This document shows positions 1-15,200 of a DNA stretch of 64,000 nucleotides, piece after piece. The stretch lies in NCBI RefSeq assembly GCF_009914755.1, contig NC_060940.1, one strand, 5' to 3'. A program made the translations under genes and the position numbers. Below the pieces are notes generated by a model that was not told the origin of the DNA, made no database searches, and was given only the letters and a program-made list of their open reading frames with translations. This DNA is from the human T2T-CHM13v2.0 reference genome, Homo sapiens. Position 1 is the first letter of the stretch; each line of letters opens with the position of its first letter.

Positions 1-3000
1 TCGATGAGGATTCCATTCGATTCAATTCATTGGTGATTCTATTCAATTCAATTCTTTGATTCCATTCCATTCCATTCGACAATGATTCCATTCGATTTCT
101 TTCGATGATTCCACTCGATTCCACTTGACATTGATTCCATTCGATTCCATTCAATGATTCCATTTGATTCCAGTGGATGATGATTGCCATCGATTCCATT
201 CGATCACTCCATTCTATTCCATTTGATGATGATTACATTCGATTCCATTTGATGATTCCATCTGATTCTATTCGAGGATTCCATTTGATTCCATTCGATG
301 ATGATTCCATTCGAGTCCATTCGATGATTTCATTCGAGTACATCCAATGATTCCATTCGAGTCCATTAGATGATTCCATTTGATTCCATTTGAAAATGAT
401 TCTACTAGAGTCCATTCAATGACTCCATTCGAGTCCATTCAACAATTCCATTCGACTCCATTCGATGATTCCATTCGATTCCATTTGATGGTTCCATTCG
501 AGTCCATTTAATCATTACAGTCGAGTCCATTTGGTGATTCCACTGGATTTCTTTTGATAATGATACCATTCAATTACATTTGATGATGATCCCATTCAAT
601 TTCATTTGATGATGATTCCATTAGAGTCCATTCGATGATTTCATTCGAGTCCCTTCATTGATTCCATCCGATTTCATTGGATGATGACTCCATTCGAGTC
701 CATTCGATGATTCCACTCGATTCCATTAGATGACTCCATTGGAGTCCATTTGATTGTTCCATTCGATTCCATTCGATTCCTTTCGAAGATTATTCCATTT
801 GAGTCCATTCGATGATGATTCCATTCCATTCCATTCGATTTTTCCGTTTGATTCCATTCGATGATTCCCTTCGATTCCTTTCTTTGATGATTCCATTCCA
901 TTCCATTCAATGATTCCATTCGAATCTGTTCCATGATGATTCCTTTCGATTCCATTCGCTGATGTTTCCGTTCAATTCCATTCGATGATGATTCCATTCG
1001 ATTCCATTCATTGAGGATTCCATTTGATTCCATTCAATGATGATTCCATTCCATTCCATTCAATGATTGCATTCAATTCCATTCAATGATTATCCCATTA
1101 GAGTAAACTCAACGATTCCATTCAATACCATTCGATGATGATTCCTTTTGAGTCCATTCAATGATTTCATTCAAGTCCATTTGATGATTCCTTTCAATTC
1201 CATTCTATGATGATTCCATTCGAGTCCATTCGATGATTCCATTCGATTGCATTCGATGATTCCATTATATTCCATTCAACGGTGATTCCATTCGAGTCCA
1301 TTCGATGATTCCATTAGAGTACATTTAATGATTGCTTTGTTTTCAATTCGAAGATGATTACATTGGATTCCATTCTATGATACCATTCGATTCCATTCAA
1401 TGATGATTCCACTCAAATCCATTGGATGATTCCATTCGTGTCCATTCGGTGATTTCATTAGATTCCATTCGAGGATGATTCCATTCGATTCCATTCGATG
1501 ATTCCATTCAATTCCATTCGATGGTGATTCCATTCCAGTCCATATGATCATTCCATTTGATTTCATTCGATGATGATTCCATTCGATTCCATTCGACGAT
1601 TCCATTCTATTCCATTCGATGATGATTCCATTCGAGTCCATTCGATGATTCCATTCGAGTCCATTTAATGATTCCATTGGGTTCAATTCAATGATGATTA
1701 CATTGGATTCCGTTCTATGATTCCATTCAATTCCGTTCATTGACAATTTGATTCCATTCGATGATGATTCCATTTGAGTTCATTCGATGATTCTATTCGA
1801 TTCTCTTCGATGGTGATTCAATTCTATTATATTGGATGATTCCATTCGATTCCATTTGATGTTGATTCAATTCGATTCTATTCGATGATGATTCCATTGG
1901 ATTTCACTTGATGATTCTATTCGATTCCATTCAATGATGATTCACTTCTCGTCCATTGGATGATTCCATTTCATTCCATTCGATGATGATTCCATTCGAT
2001 TCCATTCGATGATTCCATTTGATTCCATGCGACGGTGAGCAATTCGATTCAATTCCATGATGATTCTATTTGATTCAATTAGATGATGTTTCCATTCGAA
2101 TCCATTCCATGATTATTCCATTGGAATCCATTCGGCGATGATTCCATATGAGTCAATTCAATGATGATTCCATATGGGTCCGTTCGATGATAATTCCATT
2201 TGATTTCATTCGATGCTTCTATTCTATTCCAGTCGATGATGATTCCGTTGGAGTCCATACGATGATTCCATTTGATTTCATTTGATGATGATTCCATTCG
2301 ATGATGATTACATTGGATTCCATTCTATGATTCCATTCAATTCCATTCGTTGATGATTCGATTCCATTCAATGATGATTCCATTTGAGTTCATTCGATGA
2401 TTCTATTCGATTCCGTTCGATGGTGATTCAATTCTCTTATATTGGATGATTCCACTCGATTCCATTTGATGATTATTCCATTGGAGTCCACTTAGTGAAT
2501 CCTTTGGATTCTACTCGACGATGATTCCATTCGAGTCCATTCGATGATACCATTCAATTCCATTCGTTGATGCTTCCATTCAAGTGCATTCGATGATATC
2601 ATTCGATTCCATTTGATGATAATTCCATTTGATTCCATGCGATGATTCTATTCGATTCCATTCAATGATAATTCCATTCAATTCAGTGATTCCTCTGGAC
2701 TCCATTTGATGATGATTCCATTCAATGATTCCATTCGATTCTATTCGAAAATGATTCCATTTGAATCCATTTGATGATGATTCCATTAGATTCCATTTGA
2801 TGATTCCATTCGATTCCATTCGAAGATGATTCCATTCGATTCCGTTTGATGATTCCATTCTATTCTATTCGATGATGATTCCATTCGATTCCATTCGATG
2901 ATGATTGGATTCGATTCCATTTGATGATTTCATTTGATTCCATTCGTTAATGATTTCGATCAATTCCATTCGATGATTCCATTCGATTCCATTCGATAAT

Positions 3001-6000
3001 GATTACATCCGAGTCCATTCGATGATTCCCTTTGACCCTGTTCGATAATTCCATTTGAGTCCAACCAATGATTCCATTCATTTCCATTCAATGATTCCAT
3101 TCGAGTCCATTTGATCATTCCGGTAGGGTCCATTCGATGTTGATTCCATTGGAGTGCATTCGATGATTCCATTCGAGTCCATTTTAGGATTTGATTCGAG
3201 TCCTTTCGATGATTCCATTCGATTCCACTCGATGATGATTTCATTCGAGTCCATTCGACACTTCCAATCGATTCCATTTGATGATTCCATTCGAGTCCAA
3301 TTGATGATTCCATTCAATTCCATTCGATGATGATTCCGTACGATTCCATTCTGTGATGATTCCATGTGATTGCATTCAATGATGATTCCTTTCGATTGCA
3401 TTCGATTATGATTCATTTCGTGTTCATTCTATGGTTCCACAGGTTTCCATTCGTGTCCATTCCATTATTCCATTCTATTCCATTTGATGATGATTCCATT
3501 CGATTCCATTCATTGGTGATTCCACTCAATTCCATTCAATGATTCCATTCCATTTCTTTCAACAATGATTCCATTAGTTTCTAATCGATCATCCACTTGA
3601 TTCCATTTGACGACGATTCCATTCTTGTCCATTCGATGATTCCATTTGATTCCATATGATGATGATTCCATTCGATTCCATACCATGATGATTCCATTCG
3701 AGTCCATTCAATGGTGATTCCATTCAATTCCATTTGATGATTCCTTTTGATTCCATTCGATGATGATGGCATTCGATTCCTTTCAATCATTCCCTTTGAT
3801 TCCATTCAAAGGTGATTTCATTCAAGTCCATTCGATAATTGCATTCGATTCCATTCTATGATGATTCCATTCGAGTCCATTTGTTGATTCCATTCAATTC
3901 AAGTCAATGATGATTCCATTCGATTCCATTCGATGATTCCATTGGATTCCATTCGATGATGATTCCATTCAAATCCATTCGATAATTCAATTCAAGTCCA
4001 TTCGATGAAGATTCCAATCGAATCCATTCAAAGATTCCATTCAGTTCCATTCGATGATTCCCTTAGATTCCATTCGATGATTCCACTTGATTGCATTTAC
4101 GATGATTCCATTCGATTCCATGTGATGATTCCATTCAATTCTATTCAATGATGTCTCCATTTGATTCCATTCGACCATGATTGCCTTTGATTCCATTCAA
4201 TGATTCCATTCGGTTCCGTTTGATGATGATTCCGTTCGATTCCATTTGATGATTCCATTTGATTCCATTGGATGAGTCCATTCGATTACATTCGATGATT
4301 ATTCCATTCGAGTGCATTAGATGATTCCATTCGAGTCCATTCGATGATTCCATTCGATTCCATTCGATGTTGATTCTGTTCAAATCCATTCGATGATTCC
4401 ACTCGATTCCATTCGTTGACTCCATTTGATCCCATTCGATGATTTCCTTTGATTCCCTTTGATGATCATTCCATTTGATTCAATTCGGTGATTTCATTTG
4501 ATTCCATTCAGTGATGTTTCCATTCGACTCCATTCGATGATGATTCCATTCGACTCCATTCGATTATGATTTCATTCAATTCCATTCGATAATGATTCCC
4601 TTCGAGTCCATTCGATGATTCCATTCGATTCCATTCAACGATGATTTGATTCGTGTCCATTCGATGATTCCATTTGATTCCACTTGATGATGATTCCATT
4701 CGAGTCCATTTGATGATTCCATTCAATTCCATACTCCGATGATTTCTTTTGAGCCCACTCAATGCTTCCACTCGATTCCATATGATGATGACTCCATTCG
4801 ATGAAATTCGATGATGATTCCATTCGCTTGCTTTCGATGATGATTCCACTTGAGTCCGTTAGAAGATTCTATTCAATTACATTCCAGGACGATTCCGTTC
4901 GAGTCCATTTGATGATTCCATTAGACTCCATTCGACGATGATTCCATTCGATGTTATTCGATGATTCCATTCGATCTCATTCGATGATGATTCCATTCAA
5001 CTCCATTCGATGTTTCCATTCGAGTTCATTCTATTATTCCATTAGATTCCATTCGATGATGATTCCATTCGATTCCATTTGATGATTGCATTCTATTTCA
5101 TTTGATGATGATTCCATTCGAGTCCACTCGATGATTCCATTCGAGTCCATTTAATGAATCCATTGGTTTCAATTCTATGATGATTACATTGGATTCCATT
5201 CGTTGATGATTTCATTCGGTTCCATTCAATGATGATTCCATTCAATTCCTTTCAATGTTTCCATTCAATTCCATACGATGATGATTCCATTTGATTTGAT
5301 TCGACAGTGAGCCATTCGATTCAATTCCATGATGATTCTATTTGATTCAATTGGTTGACATTTCCATTCGATTCCATTCGATGATGATTCCCTTTGATTA
5401 CGTTCAAAGATGATTCCATTCTAGCCCATTCAATCATTCCATTCGATTCTATTCAATGATGATTCCATTCATGTCGATTTGGTGATTCCATTTGACTTCA
5501 TTTGATGATGATTCCTTTCAAGTTCATTAGATGATTCCATTCGATTCCATTTGATGATGATCCCATTCGAGTCCATTCAGTGATTCCACTCGTTTCCATT
5601 CCATGATGATTCCATTCCTTTCCATTCAATGATTCCATTCGATTCCGTTTGATGATGATTTCATTCGAGTCCATTTGATGATTCCATTTGATTCCATTCG
5701 ATGATGATTCCATTCGAGTCCATTCGATGATTCTATTCGAATCCATTTGATGATTTCTTTTGATTATATTTGGTGATGATTCCATTGGAGTCCATTCAAT
5801 GATTCCATTCTATTCCAATCGATGATGATTCCATTAGAGTCCATTTAATGATTCCATTTGATTCCAGTCTCTGATGATTACATTCGAGTCCATACGATGA
5901 TTCCACTCAATTCCATATGATGATGATTCCATTTGATTCCATTCGGTGATTCCATTCTATTCTATTCAATGGTGATTCCATTCGAGTACATTAGATGATT

Positions 6001-6112
6001 CCATTCGATTCCATTCAATGATGATTCTATTTGTGTCCCTTAGATGATTCCACATGATTCCATTAGATGATGATACTATTTGAGCCCATCCAATGATTCC
6101 CTTCGATTCCAT
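1..6112 (+). repeat. HOR unit U1 (6112 bp, full length)
   Basis: TCGATGAGGATTCC at 1 and 6113; ORF offsets of 6112. Confidence 0.95.
1691..2470 (+). repeat. Intra-unit direct repeat, ~170 bp (1691-1860 and 2301-2470, spacing 610 bp), present in U1-U10
   Basis: Both copies run from ATGATGATTACATTGGATTCC through TTTGAGTTCATTCGATGATTCTATTCG and GATGGTGATTCAATTCT to TATATTGGATGATTCCA, with about ten substitutions. Confidence 0.9.
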
Positions 6113-9100
6113 TCGATGAGGATTCCATTCGATTCAATTCATTGGTGATTCTATTCAATTCAATTCTTTGATTCCATTCCATTCCATTCGACAATGATTC
6201 CATTCGATTTCTTTCGATGATTCCACTCGATTCCACTTGACATTGATTCCATTCGATTCCATTCAATGATTCCATTTGATTCCAGTGGATGATGATTGCC
6301 ATCGATTCCATTCGATCACTCCATTCTATTCCATTTGATGATGATTACATTCGATTCCATTTGATGATTCCATCTGATTCTATTCGAGGATTCCATTTGA
6401 TTCCATTCGATGATGATTCCATTCGAGTCCATTCGATGATTTCATTCGAGTACATCCAATGATTCCATTCGAGTCCATTAGATGATTCCATTTGATTCCA
6501 TTTGAAAATGATTCTACTAGAGTCCATTCAATGACTCCATTCGAGTCCATTCAACAATTCCATTCGACTCCATTCGATGATTCCATTCGATTCCATTTGA
6601 TGGTTCCATTCGAGTCCATTTAATCATTACAGTCGAGTCCATTTGGTGATTCCACTGGATTTCTTTTGATAATGATACCATTCAATTACATTTGATGATG
6701 ATCCCATTCAATTTCATTTGATGATGATTCCATTAGAGTCCATTCGATGATTTCATTCGAGTCCCTTCATTGATTCCATCCGATTTCATTGGATGATGAC
6801 TCCATTCGAGTCCATTCGATGATTCCACTCGATTCCATTAGATGACTCCATTGGAGTCCATTTGATTGTTCCATTCGATTCCATTCGATTCCTTTCGAAG
6901 ATTATTCCATTTGAGTCCATTCGATGATGATTCCATTCCATTCCATTCGATGATTCCGTTTGATTCCATTCGATGATTCCCTTCGATTCCTTTCTTTGAT
7001 GATTCCATTCCATTCCATTCAATGATTCCATTCGAATCTATTCCATGATGATTCCTTTCGATTCCATTCGCTGATGTTTCCGTTCAATTCCATTCGATGA
7101 TGATTCCATTCGATTCCATTCATTGAGGATTCCATTTGATTCCATTCAATGATGATTCCATTCTATTCCATTCAATGATTGCATTCAATTCCATTCAATG
7201 ATTATCCCATTAGAGTAAACTCAACGATTCCATTCAATACCATTCGATGATGATTCCTTTTGAGTCCATTCAATGATTTCATTCAAGTCCATTTGATGAT
7301 TCCTTTCAATTCCATTCTATGATGATTCCATTCGAGTCCATTCGATGATTCCATTCGATTGCATTCGATGATTCCATTATATTCCATTCAACGGTGATTC
7401 CATTCGAGTCCATTCCATGATTCCATTAGAGTACATTTAATGATTGCTTTGTTTTCAATTCGAAGATGATTACATTGGATTCCATTCTATGATACCATTC
7501 GATTCCATTCAATGATGATTCCACTCAAATCCATTGGATGATTCCATTCGTGTCCATTCGGTGATTTCATTAGATTCCATTCGAGGATTATTCCATTCGA
7601 TTCCATTCGATGATTCCATTCAATTCCATTCGATGATGATTCCATTCCAGTCCATATGATCATTCCATTTGATTTCATTCGATGATGATTCCATTCGATT
7701 CGATTCGACGATTCCATTCTATTCCATTCGATGATGATTCCATTCGAGTCCATTCGATCATTCCATTCGAGTCCATTTAATGATTCCATTGGGTTCAATT
7801 CAATGATGATTACATTGGATTCCGTTCTATGATTCCATTCAATTCCGTTCATTGACAATTTGATTCCATTCGATGATGATTCCATTTGAGTTCATTCGAT
7901 GATTCTATTCGATTCTCTTCGATGGTGATTCAATTCTATTATATTGGATGATTCCATTCGATTCCATTTGATGTTGATTCAATTCGATTCTATTCGATGA
8001 TGATTCCATTGGATTTCACTTGATGATTCTATTCGATTCCATTCAATGATGATTCACTTCTCGTCCATTGGATGATTCCATTTCATTCCATTCGATGATG
8101 ATTCCATTCGATTCCATTCGATGATTCCATTTGATTCCATGCGACGGTGAGCAATTCGATTCAATTCCATGATGATTCTATTTGATTCAATTAGATGATG
8201 TTTCCATTCGAATCCATTCCATGATTATTCCATTGGAATCCATTCGGCGATGATTCCATATGAGTCAATTCAATGATGATTCCATATGGGTCCGTTCGAT
8301 GATAATTCCATTTGATTTCATTCGATGCTTCTATTCTATTCCAGTCGATGATGATTCCGTTGGAGTCCATACGATGATTCCATTTGATTTCATTTGATGA
8401 TGATTCCATTCGATGATGATTACATTGGATTCCATTCTATGATTCCATTCAATTCCATTCGTTGATGATTCGATTCCATTCAATGATGATTCCATTTGAG
8501 TTCATTCGATGATTCTATTCGATTCCGTTCGATGGTGATTCAATTCTATTATATTGGATGATTCCACTCGATTCCATTTGATGATTATTCCATTGGAGTC
8601 CACTTAGTGAATCCTTTAGATTCTACTCGAAGATGATTCCATTCGAGTCCATTCGATGATACCATTCAATTCCATTCGTTGATGCTTCCATTCAAGTGCA
8701 TTCGATGATATCATTCGATTCCATTTGATGATAATTCCATTTGATTCCATGCGATGATTCTATTCGATTCCATTCAATGATAATTCCATTCAATTCAGTG
8801 ATTCCTCTGGACTCCATTTGATGATGATTCCATTCAATGATTCCATTCGATTCTATTCGAAAATGATTCCATTTGAATCCATTTGATGATGATTCCATTA
8901 GATTCCATTTGATGATTCCATTCAATTCCATTCGAAGATGATTCCATTCGATTCCGTTTGATGATTCCATTCTATTCTATTCGATGATGATTCCATTCGA
9001 TTCCATTCCATGATGATTGGATTCGATTCCATTTGATGATTTCATTTGATTCCATTCGTTAATGATTTCGATCAATTCCATTCGATGATTCCATTCGATT

Positions 9101-12100
9101 CCATTCGATAATGATTACATCCGTGTCCATTCGATGATTCCATTGGAGCCTGTTCGATAATTCCATTTGAGTCCAACCAATGATTCCATTCATTTCCATT
9201 CAATGATTCCATTCGAGTCCATTTGATCATTCCGGTAGGGTCCATTCGATGTTGATTCCATTGGAGTGCATTCGATGATTCCATTCGAGTCCATTTTAGG
9301 ATTTGATTCGAGTCCTTTCGATGATTCCATTCGATTCCACTCGATGATGATTTCATTCGAGTCCATTCGACACTTCCAATCGATTCCATTTGATGATTCC
9401 ATTCGAGTCCAATTGATGATTCCATTCAATTCCATTCGATGATGATTCCGTACGATTCCATTCTGTGATGATTCCATGTGATTGCATTCAATGATGATTC
9501 CTTTCGATTGCATTCGATTATGATTCATTTCGTGTTCATTCTATGGTTCCACAGGTTTCCATTCGTGTCCATTCCATTATTCCATTCTATTCCATTTGAT
9601 GATGATTCCATTCGATTCCATTCATTGGTGATTCCACTCAATTCCATTCAATGATTCCATTCCATTTCTTTCAACAATGATTCCATTAGTTTCTAATCGA
9701 TGATCCACTTGATTCCATTTGACGACGATTCCATTCTTGTCCATTCGATGATTCCATTTGATTCCATATGATGATGATTCCATTCGATTCCATACCATGA
9801 TGATTCCATTCGAGTCCATTCAATGGTGATTCCATTCAATTCCATTCGATGATTCCTTTCGATTCCATTCGATGATGATGGCATTCGATTCCTTTCAATC
9901 ATTCCCTTTGATTCCATTCAAAGGTGATTTCATTCAAGTCCATTCGATAATTGCATTCGATTCCATTCTATGATGATTCCATTCGAGTCCATTTGATGAT
10001 TCCATTCAATTCAAGTCAATGATGATTCCATTCGATTCCATTCGATGATTCCATTGGATTCCATTCGATGATGATTCCATTCAAATCCATTCGATAATTC
10101 AATTCAAGTCCATTCGATGATGATTCCAATCGAATCCATTCAAAGATTCCATTCAGTTCCATTCGATGATTCCCTTAGATTCCATTCGATGATTCCACTT
10201 GATTGCATTTATGATGATTCCATTCGATTCCATGTGATGATTCCATTCAATTCTATTCAATGATGTCTCCATTTGATTCCATTCGACCATGATTGCCTTT
10301 GATTCCATTCAATGACTCCATTCGGTTCCGTTTGATGATGATTCCGTTCGATTCCATTTGATGATTCCATTTGATTCCATTGGATGAGTCCATTCGATTA
10401 CATTCGATGATTATTCCATTCGAGTGCATTAGATGATTCCATTCGAGTCCATTCGATGATTCCATTCGATTCCATTCGATGTTGATTCTGTTCAAATCCA
10501 TTCGATGATTCCACTCGATTCCATTCGTTGACTCCATTTGATCCCATTCGATGATTTCCTTTGATTCCCTTTGATGATCATTCCATTTGATTCAATTCGG
10601 TGATTTCATTTGATTCCATTCAGTGATGTTTCCATTCGACTCCATTCGATGATGATTCCATTCGACTCCATTCGATTATGATTTCATTCAATTCCATTCG
10701 ATAATGATTCCCTTCGAGTCCATTCGATGATTCCATTCGATTCCATTCAACGATGATTTGATTCGTGTCCATTCGATGATTCCATTTGATTCCACTTGAT
10801 GATGATTCCATTCGAGTCCATTTGATGATTCCATTCAATTCCATACTCTGATGATTTCTTTTGAGCCCACTCAATGCTTCCACTCGATTCCATATGATGA
10901 TGACTCCATTCGATGAAATTCGATGATGATTCCACTCGCTTGCTTTCGATGATGATTCCACTTGAGTCCGTTAGAAGATTCTATTCAATTACATTCCATG
11001 ACGATTCCGTTCGAGTCCATTTGATGATTCCATTAGACTCCATTCGACGATGATTTCCATTCGATGTTATTCGATGATTCCATTCGATCTCATTCGATGA
11101 TGATTCCATTCAACTCCATTCGATGTTTCCATTCGAGTTCATTCTATTATTCCATTAGATTCCATTCGATGATGATTCCATTCGATTCCATTTGATGATT
11201 GCATTCTATTTCATTTGATGATGATTCCATTCGAGTCCACTCGATGATTCCATTCGAGTCCATTTAATGAATCCATTGGTTTCAATTCTATGATGATTAC
11301 TTTGGATTCCATTCGTTGATGATTTCATTCGGTTCCATTCAATGATGATTCCATTCAATTCCTTTCAATGTTTCCATTCAATTCCATACGATGATGATTC
11401 CATTTGATTTGATTCGACAGTGAGCCATTCGATTCAATTCCATGATGATTCTATTTGATTCAATTGGTTGACATTTCCATTCGATTCCATTCGATGATGA
11501 TTCCCTTTGATTCCGTTCAAAGATGATTCCATTCTAGCCCATTCAATCATTCCATTCGATTCTATTCAATGATGATTCCATTCATGTCGATTTGGTGATT
11601 CCATTTGACTTCATTTGATGATGATTCCTTTCAAGTTCATTAGATGATTCCATTCGATTCCATTTGATGATGATCCCATTCGAGTCCATTCAGTGATTCC
11701 ATTCGTTTCCATTCCATGATGATTCCATTCCTTTCCATTCAATGATTCCATTCGATTCCGTTTGATGATGATTTCATTCGAGTCCATTTGATGATTCCAT
11801 TTGATTCCATTCGATGATGATTCCATTCGAGTCCATTCGATGATTCTATTCGAATCCATTTGATGATTTCTTTTGATTATATTTGGTGATGATTCCACTG
11901 GAGTCCATTCAATGATTCCATTCTATTCCCATCGATGATGATTCCATTAGAGTCCATTTAATGATTCCATTTGATTCCAGTCTCTGATGATTACATTCGA
12001 GTCCATACGATGATTCCACTCAATTCCATATGATGATGATTCCATTTGATTCCATTCGGTGATCCCATTCTATTCTATTCAATGGTGATTCCATTCGAGT

Positions 12101-12225
12101 ACATTAGATGATTCCATTCGATTCCATTCAATGATGATTCTATTTGTGTCCCTTAGATGACTCCACATGATTCCATTAGATGATGATACTATTTGAGCCC
12201 ATCCAATGATTCCCTTCGATTCCAT
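6113..12225 (+). repeat. HOR unit U2 (6113 bp; 1-bp T insertion at ~11055)
   Basis: GATTTCCATT at 11052 versus GATTCCATT in U1; ORF offset changes from 6112 to 6113. Confidence 0.93.
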
Positions 12226-15200
12226 TCGATGAGGATTCCATTCGATTCAATTCATTGGTGATTCTATTCAATTCAATTCTTTGATTCCATTCCATTCCAT
12301 TCGACAATGATTCCATTCGATTTCTTTCGATGATTCCACTCGATTCCACTTGACATTGATTCCATTCGATTCCATTCAATGATTCCATTTGATTCCAGTG
12401 GATGATGATTGCCATCGATTCCATTCGATCACTCCATTCTATTCCATTTGATGATGATTACATTCGATTCCATTTGATGATTCCATCTGATTCTATTCGA
12501 GGATTCCATTTGATTCCATTCGATGATGATTCCATTCGAGTCCATTCGATGATTTCATTCGAGTACATCCAATGATTCCATTCGAGTCCATTAGATGATT
12601 CCATTTGATTCCATTTGAAAATGATTCTACTAGAGTCCATTCAATGACTCCATTCGAGTCCATTCAACAATTCCATTCGACTCCATTCGATGATTCCATT
12701 CGATTCCATTTGATGGTTCCATTCGAGTCCATTTAATCATTACAGTCGAGTCCATTTGGTGATTCCACTGGATTTCTTTTGATAATGATACCATTCAATT
12801 ACATTTGATGATGATCCCATTCAATTTCATTTGATGATGATTCCATTAGAGTCCATTCGATGATTTCATTCGAGTCCCTTCATTGATTCCATCCGATTTC
12901 ATTGGATGATGACTCCATTCGAGTCCATTCGATGATTCCACTCGATTCCATTAGATGATTCCATTGGAGTCCATTTGATTGTTCCATTCGATTCCTTTCG
13001 AAGATTTTTCCATTTGAGTCCATTCGATGATGATTCCATTCCATTCCATTCGATGATTCCGTTTGATTCCATTCGATGATTCCCTTCGATTCCTTTCTTT
13101 GATGATTCCATTCCATTCCATTCAATGATTCCATTCGAATCTATTCCATGATGATTCCTTTCGATTCCATTCGCTGATGTTTCCGTTCAATTCCATTCGA
13201 TGATGATTCCGTTCGATTCCATTCATTGAGGATTCCATTTGATTCCATTCAATGATGATTCCATTCTATTCCATTCAATGATTGCATTCAATTCCATTCA
13301 ATGATTATCCCATTAGAGTAAACTCAACGATTCCATTCAATACCATTCGATGATGATTCCTTTTGAGTCCATTCAATGATTTCATTCAAGTCCATTTGAT
13401 GATTCCTTTCAATTCCATTCTATGATGATTCCATTCGAGTCCATTCGATGATTCCATTCGATTGCATTCGATGATTCCATTATATTCCATTCAACGGTGA
13501 TTCCATTCGAGTCCATTCCATGATTCCATTAGAGTATATTTAATGATTGCTTTGTTTTCAATTCGAAGATGATTACATTGGATTCCATTCTATGATACCA
13601 TTCGATTCCATTCAATGATGATTCCACTCAAATCCATTGGATGATTCCATTCGTGTCCATTCGGTGATTTCATTAGATTCCATTCGAGGATGATTCCATT
13701 CGATTCCATTCGATGATTCCATTCAATTCCATTCGATGATGATTCCATTCCAGTCCATATGATCATTCCATTTGATTTCATTCGATGATGATTCCATTCG
13801 ATTCCATTCGATGATTCCATTCTATTCCATTCGATGATGATTCCATTCGAGTCCATTCGATCATTCCATTCGAGTCCATTTAATGATTCCATTGGGTTCA
13901 ATTCAATGATGATTACATTGGATTCCGTTCTATGATTCCATTCAATTCCGTTCATTGACAATTTGATTCCATTCGATGATGATTCCATTTGAGTTCATTC
14001 GATGATTCTATTCGATTCTCTTCGATGGTGATTCAATTCTATTATATTGGATGATTCCATTCGATTCCATTTGATGTTGATTCAATTCGATTCTATTCGA
14101 TGATGATTCCATTGGATTTCACTTGATGATTCTATTCGATTCCATTCAATGATGATTCACTTCTCGTCCATTGGATGATTCCATTTCATTCCATTCGATG
14201 ATGATTCCATTCGATTCCATTCGATGATTCCATTTGATTCCATGCGACGGTGAGCAATTCGATTCAATTCCATGATGATTCTATTTGATTCAATTAGATG
14301 ATGTTTCCATTCGAATCCATTCCATGATTATTCCATTGGAATCCATTCGGCGATGATTCCATATGAGTCAATTCAATGATGATTCCATATGGGTCCGTTC
14401 GATGATAATTCCATTTGATTTCATTCGATGCTTCTATTCTATTCCAGTCGATGATGATTCCGTTGGAGTCCATACGATGATTCCATTTGATTTCATTTGA
14501 TGATGATTCCATTCGATGATGATTACATTGGATTCCATTCTATGATTCCATTCAATTCCATTCGTTGATGATTCGATTCCATTCAATGATGATTCCATTT
14601 GAGTTCATTCGATGATTCTATTCGATTCCGTTCGATGGTGATTCAATTCTATTATATTGGATGATTCCACTCGATTCCATTTGATGATTATTCCATTGGA
14701 GTCCACTTAGTGAATCCTTTAGATTCTACTCGAAGATGATTCCATTCGAGTCCATTCGATGATACCATTCAATTCCATTCGTTGATGCTTCCATTCAAGT
14801 GCATTCGATGATATCATTCGATTCCATTTGATGATAATTCCATTTGATTCCATGCGATGATTCTATTCGATTCCATTCAATGATAATTCCATTCAATTCA
14901 GTGATTCCTCTGGACTCCATTTGATGATGATTCCATTCAATGATTCCATTCGATTCTATTCGAAAATGATTCCATTTGAATCCATTTGATGATGATTCCA
15001 TTAGATTCCATTTGATGATTCCATTCAATTCCATTCGAAGATGATTCCATTCGATTCCGTTTGATGATTCCATTCTATTCTATTCGATGATGATTCCATT
15101 CGATTCCATTCCATGATGATTGGATTCGATTCCATTTGATGATTTCATTTGATTCCATTCGTTAATGATTTCGATCAATTCCATTCGATGATTCCATTCG

